From positions 7,275 through 71,274 of the IMG/VR virus record IMGVR_UViG_3300037760_000038: DNA of 64,000 nucleotides; one strand, given 5' to 3'. The DNA comes from a virus. Its lineage: Duplodnaviria > Caudoviricetes. Positions within the stretch are counted from its first letter, which is position 1, and every line of letters starts with the position of its first letter. Shown here one piece after another: positions 8,430 through 16,912 of this stretch. The notes under the pieces are model-generated. The model did no database searches. It worked only from the letters and a program-made list of their open reading frames with translations, and was not told where the DNA came from. Made by a program: the position numbers and the translations under genes.

Positions 8430-8732
8430 TCATCTGATCCGGGTCAGCGTGGACGGGTGGTTGAAGTGCATAGAGGTTCGCGGCCGGTTGATCCCGTTCT
8501 CGAACTGCGTACCGTACCCCCACCCCGCCTCACCAAACGCCGCGACGAGCATGGTCCACATGACCGTGGCATCCACCGGCTGTACAGATGCCAGAGGGTA
8601 AACACGAACGCTGCGTTCGTGGTATCGAACGATCATGCGGTGAGCCGGGAAACCCTGCTCTGAAAGACTCTGGGCAACTTCACCCATAATCGGTGCCGCA
8701 TCAGCGATAAGCTCCTTGTAGAACACAGTCAA
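8430..8732 (-). CDS. hypothetical protein, paralog of 10965-11249
   Basis: DAAP, AGW and HPS motifs shared; TTG start with RBS. Confidence 0.65.
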   Translation of the reverse strand: MTVFYKELIADAAPIMGEVAQSLSEQGFPAHRMIVRYHERSVRVYPLASVQPVDATVMWTMLVAAFGEAGWGYGTQFENGINRPRTSMHFNHPSTLTRIR

Positions 8733-8742
8733 TCCCCTTTCG

Positions 8743-8934
8743 TTAGCGCTTGGTGCACTCGCACTCGGCGTTGCAGTCGCCGTGCCGGATCTCGTCAGAG
8801 TTCGGCCGATCGATGTACCCGCCGTGCTGGTTGGGGTTCCAGCTGACAACCGGCTGCCCGTCTTCGGTGTCTACCACGGTCCCGTGCCAGCCGGTGCGCA
8901 CGTCCTCAACGCGGTCTTTCTCATTGAACTTCAC
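8743..8934 (-). CDS. small SH3/KOW-like protein
   Basis: MKFNEKDRVEDVRTGWHGTVV..VVSW. Confidence 0.7.
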   Translation of the reverse strand: MKFNEKDRVEDVRTGWHGTVVDTEDGQPVVSWNPNQHGGYIDRPNSDEIRHGDCNAECECTKR

Positions 8935-8989
8935 GATTGCTCCTCGCGGGTAGGGGCAGGTGGCGCGAACGCCACCTGCCCCGGTGAGG

Positions 8990-9196
8990 TCACATGCTGT
9001 AGTCGACCGGGTTGGACGGGTCGTGGCGCTCCAATGCCCAGATCCACTCTTCCTCGGGAACCTCGGCCACGGTGTCCCACCGGTCCTGGATCAGGTCCTG
9101 CGCGATACCCTCGGCGTCGAACCGCCCCAGGTCGCCGCTCTCGGCCAACTTGGTCTCGACCTCGCCTGCTACCCGGGTGAACTGCACCATGTCCAT
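8990..9196 (-). CDS. acidic hypothetical protein
   Basis: RBS GAAGGG; promoter at 9226. Confidence 0.7.
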   Translation of the reverse strand: MDMVQFTRVAGEVETKLAESGDLGRFDAEGIAQDLIQDRWDTVAEVPEEEWIWALERHDPSNPVDYSM

Positions 9197-9225
9197 TGGT
9201 TGGTCCCTTCCTCGTTGTTAATACA

Positions 9226-9340
9226 ATTTTATCACATTCTTGCGGCTGACGCAAGTTCTCCCGATAACAGTCGGATAACGACAACTGTTATTAAGCTGTT
9301 ATCGTCCTAACTTGCGTGTTGGGCAAGCAGATGGTAAAAT
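9226..9340. promoter_or_regulatory. divergent promoter pair
   Basis: minus TTGCGT-17-TAAAAT (9226-9254) with perfect palindrome 9239-9255; plus TTGCGT-17-TAAAAT (9312-9340). Confidence 0.8.
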
Positions 9341-9375
9341 TGTATTTAGAGGTTGAGGGAAAGCCCAAGACCACA
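9335..9375 (+). repeat. 41-bp direct repeat, copy 1 (-10 box plus leader)
   Basis: TAAAATTGTATTTAGAGGTTGAGGGAAAGCCCAAGACCACA, identical to 11645-11685. Confidence 0.95.
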
Positions 9376-9392
9376 CACCGAAGGAGCCCAAA

Positions 9393-9584
9393 ATGGCGAA
9401 GCTCACCGGCGGTCAGAAGGTCATCGCACCGGCTCTGGTTGGGGGCGGCACCGTTGAAGCCCGATTCGTTCGTTACGAGCGCAAGGTTCAGGGCGGTCGC
9501 TGGGTTAACCTGGTGGTCGTGCGTTACCGCGTCGGTGGGGCTACCTTCTCTTTCGTCCCCCGTCTGGTCAAGGCCACTCGCTGA
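9393..9584 (+). CDS. small basic beta-rich (SH3-like) moron protein
   Basis: own promoter, RBS AGGAG and terminator. Confidence 0.75.
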   Translation: MAKLTGGQKVIAPALVGGGTVEARFVRYERKVQGGRWVNLVVVRYRVGGATFSFVPRLVKATR

Positions 9585-9599
9585 CCCCCCCCCGCAAGC

Positions 9600-9634
9600 C
9601 GCAGCCCTCGCCAGGTGACCTGGCGAGGGCTGCG
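9600..9634. terminator. bidirectional terminator
   Basis: CGCAGCCCTCGCCAGG/CCTGGCGAGGGCTGCG. Confidence 0.8.
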
Positions 9635-9640
9635 AGGTAT

Positions 9641-10948
9641 TCACTTGGCGAGATCGACCATTCGCCCACGAATGTACTCGTCGGCGTCAGGATCGCGCTT
9701 CGGGCGCAGTTCGAACGACGCACGATGAAGCTTGTCCCAGGGCACCCCCTCGGGTCCGCCGTCCAGTTGCTGACGGACCAGCAGCTTGGTTTCCTCGACC
9801 AAGTTACCACTCGGGTTCTGCGCGGCGTCGTGGACCAGTTGCCACGCGACGGCCGGATAAACGCCTGACAGCACGAGTGCGTCCTTGATCTCGGCCGACA
9901 ATGACACGTTCGCAGCCTGCCGGGCGTTCTCGGCCATCCGCTTTGTGCTGACGTGCAGGCTCTCGACCAGGTTCACGGCCTTGGTGACCATGTAGTGCGT
10001 TAGCGTCGCGGCAGTCGGCAGCGCTACCCGCTCCACGCTCGAGTGCGAGATGTCGCGCTCGTGGTGGAGCGCCTGACTTTCCATGACCGGCACGATCTGC
10101 GCCCTTACCAGTCGAGCCAGCCCGCACAGCTGCTCCGACGTGATGGGGTTCCGCTTGTGCGGCATTGCGCTTGACCCACGCTGGCCGACAAAGAACCCTT
10201 CGGCCAGCTCACCGACCTCAGACCGCTGACCAAGCCGGATCTCGGTTGCCAGCGACTCGATGACCGTGGCCAGTTGCGCGCACGCGTGAACGAAGTCGGC
10301 GTAGCCGTCTCGGTTGGCGACCTGCGTCGCGGTGTTCGGAGCGGCCAGCCCGAGCGACTGACACAGCGCGCGCTCTTGATCCCACGTGATGCGCTTGTAG
10401 TCGCCGACCGGGCCAGACATCTTGCCCTCGACCCAAATGTGCCCTGCGCCGAATCGACGTTCGGCGCGGTAAGCCAGGTCTGCGAAATTGGCTACCCGCC
10501 ACCCCCACGTAGTGAGTTCAGCCCATTGGCCGTGAGTGCGACCGGGGCGGATGGCGTTCCAGTGCTCGAGCGCGTGAAGCGCCAATGCGCCCGTGAAGCG
10601 CTCGGCTGCGTCGAAGATCAGATTACGGGACTCCTTGACGCGTAGGGCATATGCGGTGTCCACCAGGTCGGACGAGGTGACGTGCCGGTGAACCCACTCA
10701 GCGGCGTGATCTGGCAGGTTCGACCGCCAAGCTTCGACGAACGCCACCACATCGTGCCGGGTGTGCTGCTCGTGTGCTTCGATGTGATCGCGGGTCGGCC
10801 AGCGTTCGGCGTCCATCATGAGGTCGAGCACTGGCTGCGGCGCTCCGAGCGCTCGAGCCATGTTGAACTCGACCAAAGCCCACAACTTGGGCTTGTTGTC
10901 TTCTGACCACACTTCGCGCATTTCGGGTGTGGTGTACCGATCCAGCAT
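9641..10948 (-). CDS. purB: adenylosuccinate lyase
   Basis: TRHDVVAF, HRHVTSSDLVDT, GRTHGQWA, GKMSGPVG and fumarate-lyase signature GSSAMPHKRNP. Confidence 0.95.
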   Translation of the reverse strand: MLDRYTTPEMREVWSEDNKPKLWALVEFNMARALGAPQPVLDLMMDAERWPTRDHIEAHEQHTRHDVVAFVEAWRSNLPDHAAEWVHRHVTSSDLVDTAYALRVKESRNLIFDAAERFTGALALHALEHWNAIRPGRTHGQWAELTTWGWRVANFADLAYRAERRFGAGHIWVEGKMSGPVGDYKRITWDQERALCQSLGLAAPNTATQVANRDGYADFVHACAQLATVIESLATEIRLGQRSEVGELAEGFFVGQRGSSAMPHKRNPITSEQLCGLARLVRAQIVPVMESQALHHERDISHSSVERVALPTAATLTHYMVTKAVNLVESLHVSTKRMAENARQAANVSLSAEIKDALVLSGVYPAVAWQLVHDAAQNPSGNLVEETKLLVRQQLDGGPEGVPWDKLHRASFELRPKRDPDADEYIRGRMVDLAK

Positions 10949-10964
10949 ACGCTCCTCTTTTCGG

Positions 10965-11249
10965 TCAGGTCAGCTTGCGTGAGGGGTGATGGAACGAGAT
11001 GGTCTTGATGGTTCCCGACACCAGAGAAATCCGGCTGCTGTTGGTCCATCCCGCCTGGTCGAATTCGGCAGTGAACGCTCGGTGCACCAGGTCCCGAGTT
11101 GCCACAGTCAGTGGAACCAGCAACACGATGGCCAGCTTCTTGGGTCGATACGAAACCCACACCTGGTTTTCGACTCCAGGTGCCTCAGATCGGACGATCT
11201 GCATTGCGCGGTCTATGACCGGCGCTGCGTCTTCAGCCAGCTTTGTCAT
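10965..11249 (-). CDS. hypothetical protein, paralog of 8430-8732
   Basis: leaderless start just after the 11256 promoter; shared motifs. Confidence 0.7.
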   Translation of the reverse strand: MTKLAEDAAPVIDRAMQIVRSEAPGVENQVWVSYRPKKLAIVLLVPLTVATRDLVHRAFTAEFDQAGWTNSSRISLVSGTIKTISFHHPSRKLT

Positions 11250-11255
11250 AGCACT

Positions 11256-11285
11256 ATTTTATCACGCAGTTTGCCCGGTGCGCAA
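11256..11285 (-). promoter_or_regulatory. promoter (drives 10965-11249 and purB)
   Basis: TTGCGC-18-TAAAAT. Confidence 0.8.
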
Positions 11286-11328
11286 GTAAGCCCCCCGGCT
11301 TTGGCAGCCGGGGGGCTCGTCGTTGACG

Positions 11329-11484
11329 TCACTTGAGATCACGAAGTTTGATCTCCTCGGTATCGCCGGTCGCGGGGTCAGTGACCGTAACCATGTCATC
11401 GCCCTGGTGTCGAGTCGAAGCGTCGGTCACCATGACGTTCGTGGGTCGATCGCCCTGATCTTTTCGGTCGGTGAACCATCCCAT
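11329..11484 (-). CDS. 51-aa hypothetical protein (not in the ORF track)
   Basis: RBS GAGGAGG; MGWFTDRKDQ...EEIKLRDLK. Confidence 0.55.
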   Translation of the reverse strand: MGWFTDRKDQGDRPTNVMVTDASTRHQGDDMVTVTDPATGDTEEIKLRDLK

Positions 11485-11620
11485 CTGTGTGCACCTCCTC
11501 GGTGTGCGCCGTTACCTACCAGCGTACACCCGACTTGCCGTCAGGGCAAGTAGGCGCACAGGAGCGCGCGGCATCACGCGGGGGCGCACGAGTGCCGTTA
11601 TAAAGCTGTTATTCTCCGAA

Positions 11621-11685
11621 CTTGCGTCAACCGCAAGGGGGTGATAAAATTGTATTTAGAGGTTGAGGGAAAGCCCAAGACCACA
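11621..11685 (+). promoter_or_regulatory. promoter, perfect palindrome and copy 2 of the 41-bp repeat
   Basis: TTGCGT-17-TAAAAT; CTTGCG-N5-CGCAAG at 11621-11637. Confidence 0.85.
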
Positions 11686-11702
11686 AAAACGAGGAGCCTA
11701 AA

Positions 11703-11870
11703 ATGTGGGGAACCTTCGAGACCGGTGACAAGGTCCAGTTCAGCCCGATCGTTGGCGGTGCCAAGGTCACCGTAACTCGGACCACGCACGGCGGTAACCG
11801 TGTCCACTTCACCTGCGACGAAACCGGCAAGGCCAGCTGGACCTACAGCCGGGAGCTGACCCGCCGCTGA
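11703..11870 (+). CDS. 55-aa SH3/KOW-like moron protein (not in the ORF track)
   Basis: RBS GAGGAG; MWGTFETGDKVQFSPIVGG...; followed by a terminator. Confidence 0.75.
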   Translation: MWGTFETGDKVQFSPIVGGAKVTVTRTTHGGNRVHFTCDETGKASWTYSRELTRR

Positions 11871-11885
11871 AACCCCCCCCCCACA

Positions 11886-11921
11886 CCGAAGCCCCCGACC
11901 TCTTCAGGTCGGGGGCTTCGG
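11886..11921. terminator. bidirectional terminator
   Basis: CCGAAGCCCCCGACC/GGTCGGGGGCTTCGG. Confidence 0.8.
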
Positions 11922-11930
11922 CTTGCGTCG

Positions 11931-12794
11931 TCAGCGGCCGGTCGAACCGAACCCACGATCTCCGCGTGCCTTGCTGCGGACCTGACCCCACACGGGCTGG
12001 AAGTCCTGGCCGGGGGCATGGTGCAGAATCAGCTGCGCGATGCGCTGTCCCCGCGTGATCTTCACGTCGTCGTCGCTGATCGACACCACGGGAGCGAACA
12101 GCTCACCCGTGTACCCTTCATCGATCACGCCGACCGTGGGGGCAACCAGTAGGTTGTGATTCTTGAGCGTCGAGCTGCGGCCGGTGATCTGAGCCCACAT
12201 GCCTTCCGGGATGTCCACGGACACGCCGCACGACACCACGCCCTGCCCGCGCGCCGGAATCACGGCGTCCTCAGCGGCGTACAGGTCGTATCCCGCGTCG
12301 TCGTTGTAGCCCTTGGTCGGCAGGGTGGCGCCAGTCTCGCGCGCCTCGAACACGATGGGCTCCGGCTGCTGGGTTGCCAGCAGCGACATGCGGTCACGCA
12401 GCCAGTCGAGACCAGCAGACACGTCATCGGCGGTCATGGGTACGGCCTTGACGTTGTCGCTGTCAGCCCACCCCGCGACAGCCCATGAACTCTGGCCCAT
12501 GTCGGTCACCAGCAGGACCGGCTTGAATCGGGCCGTCAGGTACCCGATCTCAGCCGGAACGCCAACAGTCTTAGCGCCCGAGGGCAGGAACGCCACCCCC
12601 CCGGTTGCCTCGTCCATCGCGGCCTGATTGATTCGGCTGACCGCTCCGTGGGGGGTGGCGCCGACCGTGAACGCCGACTTGGGGTCGTAAATGGTCCAGT
12701 CCATCGCGGCCATCTCGCCTTCAGCGCCGAGTACCAGCGATGTGTCCGCCGATCCGAAGTCGATAGGCTGAGCCAGGTAAACGGTAATGCTCAT
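11931..12794 (-). CDS. dut: nucleoside 2-deoxyribosyltransferase-like domain fused to trimeric dUTPase
   Basis: N-domain VYLAQP..YDP..PAEIGY..KPV; C-domain dUTPase motifs AGYDL, GRSS, GVIDEGYTGE, RIAQL, RGDRGFGSTG. Confidence 0.85.
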   Translation of the reverse strand: MSITVYLAQPIDFGSADTSLVLGAEGEMAAMDWTIYDPKSAFTVGATPHGAVSRINQAAMDEATGGVAFLPSGAKTVGVPAEIGYLTARFKPVLLVTDMGQSSWAVAGWADSDNVKAVPMTADDVSAGLDWLRDRMSLLATQQPEPIVFEARETGATLPTKGYNDDAGYDLYAAEDAVIPARGQGVVSCGVSVDIPEGMWAQITGRSSTLKNHNLLVAPTVGVIDEGYTGELFAPVVSISDDDVKITRGQRIAQLILHHAPGQDFQPVWGQVRSKARGDRGFGSTGR

Positions 12795-12857
12795 TGGGTT
12801 TCCCCTCCTTGTAGGGCTCGAACCTTAAATTCGAGCCCTACGGTTGGTGGTTGGCAG

Positions 12858-13646
12858 CTACTTGGTGTCGACGCCCGGCCAGCCGCCTGCGTCTCGGTTG
12901 CGCTGGGCCATCCGGCAGTACACGCCGACATCGTAGATCGTGTCGTCGCTCGGCCGGTCACCCCGCTTCACGGCATCGATCCACCTGCTCATCTTGCCCC
13001 GCAGGTAGAAGAAAATGCCGAGTTCGGTGGCCTCCTCATCGGTGACCTCACGCCCCATGCATTCCGCGAGGTCCCGGCCGATGTCGCGCAGGTCGGTGGA
13101 CCCGTACTCGATGGCCTTGGGCACCACTCGCTCAACTTCATCTTTGGCCTTGTCGAGCCACCAGTCGCCCAACGCCTTCTCGAGCTCCGACCGCAGCAGG
13201 TGACGAGTGTGGCTGACACCTGGACACGTGAACCACTCGGTCCTCGGGCCCGGCCGGTGAAGGTGCCGATCGTGCGCAGTGTCGGGATACGACGTGCACG
13301 GGTGGAACTCTGTGGACACCCCGTTGTGCAACAGTGGCTGGTCCGGGTGAACGTCGCGAACGTGCTTCGCCATCCGCTCCGACAGGTACGCGTCCCCGCA
13401 GAACTCGCAGTTGACGGACCCGGGTCCGTCGCGCTGGGGTTCGGCCCCGGACATCTTCGCGAAGTACGACTGGACCTCCCGCAGGACGCTGGCGCTCGGG
13501 TTGCCGGTCCGCAGATACGACTGTGGGTTGTGGATCGGGTCGTTGAACCGGTACTCGCACATCGCGCAGTCCCTGACGGTTCCGTCGACGTCCGTTGACC
13601 GTTCCGGCGCCAGCGGGTGCGGCGTTACCAGGTTGATCGCACTCAC
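12858..13646 (-). CDS. Zn-finger plus MazG-like (DUF1599-type) nucleotide pyrophosphohydrolase domain
   Basis: C-terminal helical domain with KAIEYG and DTIYDVGVYCRMA; GTGA overlap with the purZ stop. Confidence 0.55.
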   Translation of the reverse strand: MSAINLVTPHPLAPERSTDVDGTVRDCAMCEYRFNDPIHNPQSYLRTGNPSASVLREVQSYFAKMSGAEPQRDGPGSVNCEFCGDAYLSERMAKHVRDVHPDQPLLHNGVSTEFHPCTSYPDTAHDRHLHRPGPRTEWFTCPGVSHTRHLLRSELEKALGDWWLDKAKDEVERVVPKAIEYGSTDLRDIGRDLAECMGREVTDEEATELGIFFYLRGKMSRWIDAVKRGDRPSDDTIYDVGVYCRMAQRNRDAGGWPGVDTK

Positions 13647-14755
13647 GACACCCTCCGGATTCCCGTGGTCGGGGACGTGCCCACGAACCGAACCGGGGCA
13701 CGGGTCTCGATCTCGATGTCGGTGAGATACTTGTCCAGCTCCGATTCCGGCTGGATGATGTCGTCCCGCGTGTTCAGACCAGCCAGAGGCGGGAATACCG
13801 TATCGACCATGGTCAAAGCCAGCCGCACGACCGGGGCCCCGCCGTTGGCCTGGACCGCCCGTCGCACGAGATCGCCGTCCCACTCACCGACACGCCGCAC
13901 CTTCTGCGTTACGGTGGTGCGCTCGGTCGGAAGCCCCAGGGCGTCCCACGAGGTCTCGCCCTTCAGCGGCCCGCTGTTGCCTGCGACTCGGATCGGTCGG
14001 ACCCGTGCGGCCAGCCACACTTCGAACTCGCCCACAGCCGGGTGCCACGGACTCAGACCGGCCATGCTGAGGAAGTCCACGGCCCGGCAGTCGCTCGAAG
14101 TGCACTGCGGGTACCAGCCCGCGTGCTGGCCGAGTCCGTACCCCTGGGTGCCCTCGATCACGACCGTTTGGCCGTCATCGAGCATCCGGGTCAGTGCCCC
14201 GGCGGTGTCGGTGTCGGTGCGGCTCAGAGACCACTTGACGTCACCGAACAGAGGCGCCTCACGCCACACCCTGGCCGCCCGCGCCGCGCCGATGCCCTTG
14301 GCCGTCGACCCGAGCTTGCCGCTCAGCCCGCGCTCGACTTCCTCGGCCACATGCTGCGGCGTGAGGACCGTGGCGCTCGTGTCCACGTGCAGTCGTTCGC
14401 TGACGTTGTACCCCGCCGAGTTCAGCCGGTTGATCTCATCAGTCAGCACTTCCAGATCAACCTCGGAACCAGCCGCGACGACCAGTTCAGCCGCCGGGTT
14501 GCTCACCGCGCCGACCGGCACCGATCGCAGCTTCCATGGATGTCCGATCCACTCGCCGTTGAACAGGTGCTCATCGTTCGGCTGGCATCCCGGCGGACAG
14601 ACGCCAAACACGGTGTGTCCCGCGTTAGGTCCGGCCACTCGGACCACAGCAACGGGTCCGGAGTTGTGTTCCGGCCGAGTCAGCTGATCGACAACCGCTC
14701 CCTTGCCCTCACTGCCGAACTGCGCACCGCTGACGACGATCAGTCTTCCTGCCAT
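13643..14755 (-). CDS. purZ: PurZ0-like 2-amino-deoxyadenylosuccinate synthetase (PurA fold)
   Basis: GAQFGSEGKG (Ser at the PurA catalytic Asp), NAGHT, IEGTQGYGL, YPQCTSSD, RPIRVAG, TTVTQKVRRVG, TMVD. Confidence 0.85.
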   Translation of the reverse strand: MAGRLIVVSGAQFGSEGKGAVVDQLTRPEHNSGPVAVVRVAGPNAGHTVFGVCPPGCQPNDEHLFNGEWIGHPWKLRSVPVGAVSNPAAELVVAAGSEVDLEVLTDEINRLNSAGYNVSERLHVDTSATVLTPQHVAEEVERGLSGKLGSTAKGIGAARAARVWREAPLFGDVKWSLSRTDTDTAGALTRMLDDGQTVVIEGTQGYGLGQHAGWYPQCTSSDCRAVDFLSMAGLSPWHPAVGEFEVWLAARVRPIRVAGNSGPLKGETSWDALGLPTERTTVTQKVRRVGEWDGDLVRRAVQANGGAPVVRLALTMVDTVFPPLAGLNTRDDIIQPESELDKYLTDIEIETRAPVRFVGTSPTTGIRRVS

Positions 14756-14860
14756 TTGCAGTCACCTCCTGCGTGTTACTTGGGCTGGCTCGTTCAGCGC
14801 CGGGTTGCCCATTTCCGGCCGGACGTCGCGCGCGGTGGCGCGACGTTTCGCCGTTGCGGA

Positions 14861-15214
14861 TCAGAGTTCGAAGCCGAGAACTGAAGTCTGCGGCTCCTGA
14901 GTGCTGATCTCGACCACGATGGCCGACAGGTTGCGCACGTTCACGACGACCACCGTGGTCTCGTCGCGGACCGCGAACGCCAGGTGCTCCAGGATCAGCC
15001 GGTCAGCGGCAGCAACGAGCACGTCGATGTTGGCCGCAGCGGTGGTGAACCACTGCCCACAGAACGCTGACGCATCGGCCATCTTGTAATACGTCCGCAG
15101 CCGGACGTGCTCGGTCTCAGCGGTGTTGCGGTGGTTCTTGTCGAACTGAATCACCAGGTCGGCCAGGTCCTGATCGTTCGCGGCCTCGTTCCTCATGGTG
15201 CTGAGCAGTTCCAT
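14861..15214 (-). CDS. hypothetical protein
   Basis: RBS GAGGAG; first gene after the 15252 promoter. Confidence 0.7.
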   Translation of the reverse strand: MELLSTMRNEAANDQDLADLVIQFDKNHRNTAETEHVRLRTYYKMADASAFCGQWFTTAAANIDVLVAAADRLILEHLAFAVRDETTVVVVNVRNLSAIVVEISTQEPQTSVLGFEL

Positions 15215-15251
15215 TTATGCTCCTCAGGTGGTGCGCGGCGGTGTTATGACT

Positions 15252-15281
15252 AGTCTACCACACTACTTGTCACGATCGCAA
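15252..15281 (-). promoter_or_regulatory. promoter of the purZ operon
   Basis: TTGCGA-18-TAGACT; CTTGTC-N5-CGCAAG. Confidence 0.75.
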
Positions 15282-15335
15282 GTGGCCGGTATGAGCCGGG
15301 GCCGTTGCCACGATAGCAACGGCCCCGGGGTGAGG

Positions 15336-15503
15336 TCAGACGACCCGGACGGTCAGGACGTCGGTGATGGGGTTGGTTCCCCCGACCTGACCGATGCTGG
15401 CCATCAGGTCGTTCTCCACGAACTGCACCAGGTCGTCGGTGTCGGTGCCCTCAGGCAGAGTCACGGTCACCTGCACGGTTACGGTCACGTCGCTGTCAGC
15501 CAT
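15336..15503 (-). CDS. 55-aa acidic hypothetical protein (not in the ORF track)
   Basis: RBS AGGAGG; MADSDVTVTVQV...TVRVV. Confidence 0.65.
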   Translation of the reverse strand: MADSDVTVTVQVTVTLPEGTDTDDLVQFVENDLMASIGQVGGTNPITDVLTVRVV

Positions 15504-15548
15504 TGTTCCTCCTTGGCGCCGGAAGACGGTCTTCCGGCTGCTGACACC

Positions 15549-15579
15549 AGCCTATCACACCTCTTGCGGCCAGCGCAAG
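15549..15579 (-). promoter_or_regulatory. promoter with perfect palindrome
   Basis: TTGCGC-18-TAGGCT; palindrome at 15563-15579. Confidence 0.75.
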
Positions 15580-15584
15580 TTACC

Positions 15585-16130
15585 TCACAGCAGTCGGGCG
15601 AGATCACCCGGGGTCACATCGCACGACATTCGGCCGTCGTCGAACAGGGTCACTCCTGCCCACGTGTATATCCGGTCGACAGCCTGCGAACAGATCAGGC
15701 GATCAGACCGCTGAACCCGCCGCTTGACCCACTTCGGCCGGACATAGAACCGGTACATCGCTAGGTAGACGTACGTACCCCAGTTGTACCCCACGCCGAC
15801 CAGTCCTCGGGCCTGCGTTACGATCTTGACCCGCTGTTCCAGCGTGAGAGTGAGGGCCGGTCGGCTGTGGTCCCGGAGAACCCACCGCCGGACCACCGAA
15901 ACCGGCCGATCAGCGTACCGCTCGATGGGCGTGATTACCGCTCCGCCCGGCTGAGCTTCGAACACCGTGCCGTCGTCCAAGACGACTGCCGCGTGAGTCC
16001 ATCTGCTCATGTCGAAGTTGAGCGCTTGGAGCAGCCATACCGCCACCCCCGCCCATCCGCTGATCCGAGTCAGTATGATGTCTCCGGGCTGAAAGTTGAA
16101 ATCGCGCCCGGTTGTGGTGAATCTGGTCAT
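15585..16130 (-). CDS. permuted papain-like NlpC/P60 (YiiX/YebB-like) amidase
   Basis: QPGDIIL, WTHAAV (His before Cys), GYNW, LICSQAV. Confidence 0.85.
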   Translation of the reverse strand: MTRFTTTGRDFNFQPGDIILTRISGWAGVAVWLLQALNFDMSRWTHAAVVLDDGTVFEAQPGGAVITPIERYADRPVSVVRRWVLRDHSRPALTLTLEQRVKIVTQARGLVGVGYNWGTYVYLAMYRFYVRPKWVKRRVQRSDRLICSQAVDRIYTWAGVTLFDDGRMSCDVTPGDLARLL

Positions 16131-16402
16131 ACGGGAACCACCTCCGTTGAGCCCTCGTGGCCGTGGATACTGATCAGGTCGTCCAGGTTCCGATACAGAA
16201 CCAGGCTGGACCGGTCGCCGTGCCACTTCATAACGGCCTCTCCGTTTGGCAACACCGCGATATCGGCAACACTTCCGGTGCCGCTGATCCCCGTGACATC
16301 GCGGTGGCGTTCCAGAGTGTACCATCGGACGTCAGCAGGTGGGTCGCCGTAGGATGCCACGACGATATCCCGCAGTGGCCAGTCCAGTAGCTTGCCTGGC
16401 AT
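16127..16402 (-). CDS. conserved actinophage hypothetical protein (start uncertain)
   Basis: RHRDVTGISGTG..W..S..HGHEG motif; ATGA coupling. Confidence 0.65.
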   Translation of the reverse strand: MPGKLLDWPLRDIVVASYGDPPADVRWYTLERHRDVTGISGTGSVADIAVLPNGEAVMKWHGDRSSLVLYRNLDDLISIHGHEGSTEVVPV

Positions 16403-16416
16403 CTCAACTTGAGTTA

Positions 16417-16899
16417 TCAATAGCCTTGCCCTCTCTTGAGGATTTTTCGACAGTGGAATTCGCCCAGACACTCAGCGTCTTTCGCGTGCCCGCCGTGTCC
16501 GTAGCTGGCCCACTCGACGTGAGGTCGAATCGGTGGTTTGAACTCCCGTTGCTTGAACAGTGCTTTGTGGTCGCGCGGTCGGTACCCCACGCACGTCACC
16601 CCTGCCCGGCGGCACACATGCCGTATCGCGCCGATCATCTGGCTGGTCAAGAATTCCGACCCCTGCTGCTGAGCCATCAGAGCACCCCGCAGCCGAAATT
16701 CTTCGTACACTACCAGAGTCAACCCGCCGCTCGTGATCTCGGCTATCAGATGATCAACGGCGTCAGCCGGGCTGGTATGCACGGCCTCGAAGCACACGAA
16801 ACGGTGCCACTTGGTCAACCCGACGTTGCGATCACCAGGGTCAACAGCCCACCAGTAATCCGGCAGTTCCTCAAACTCGAATTGCTGGTGGGCTGACAT
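16417..16899 (-). CDS. RuvC-like Holliday junction resolvase
   Basis: AVDPGDRNVGL, VVYEEF, HAKDA. Confidence 0.8.
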   Translation of the reverse strand: MSAHQQFEFEELPDYWWAVDPGDRNVGLTKWHRFVCFEAVHTSPADAVDHLIAEITSGGLTLVVYEEFRLRGALMAQQQGSEFLTSQMIGAIRHVCRRAGVTCVGYRPRDHKALFKQREFKPPIRPHVEWASYGHGGHAKDAECLGEFHCRKILKRGQGY

Positions 16900-16912
16900 T
16901 AGCTCTCCCGGG

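Noticed and set aside
13643-14755. ordinary adenylosuccinate synthetase purA as an auxiliary metabolic gene
   Set aside because: The catalytic Asp of GDEGKG is Ser and the TTGRxR loop is TVTQKV, both PurZ-type features; the neighbours are dNTP hydrolases.
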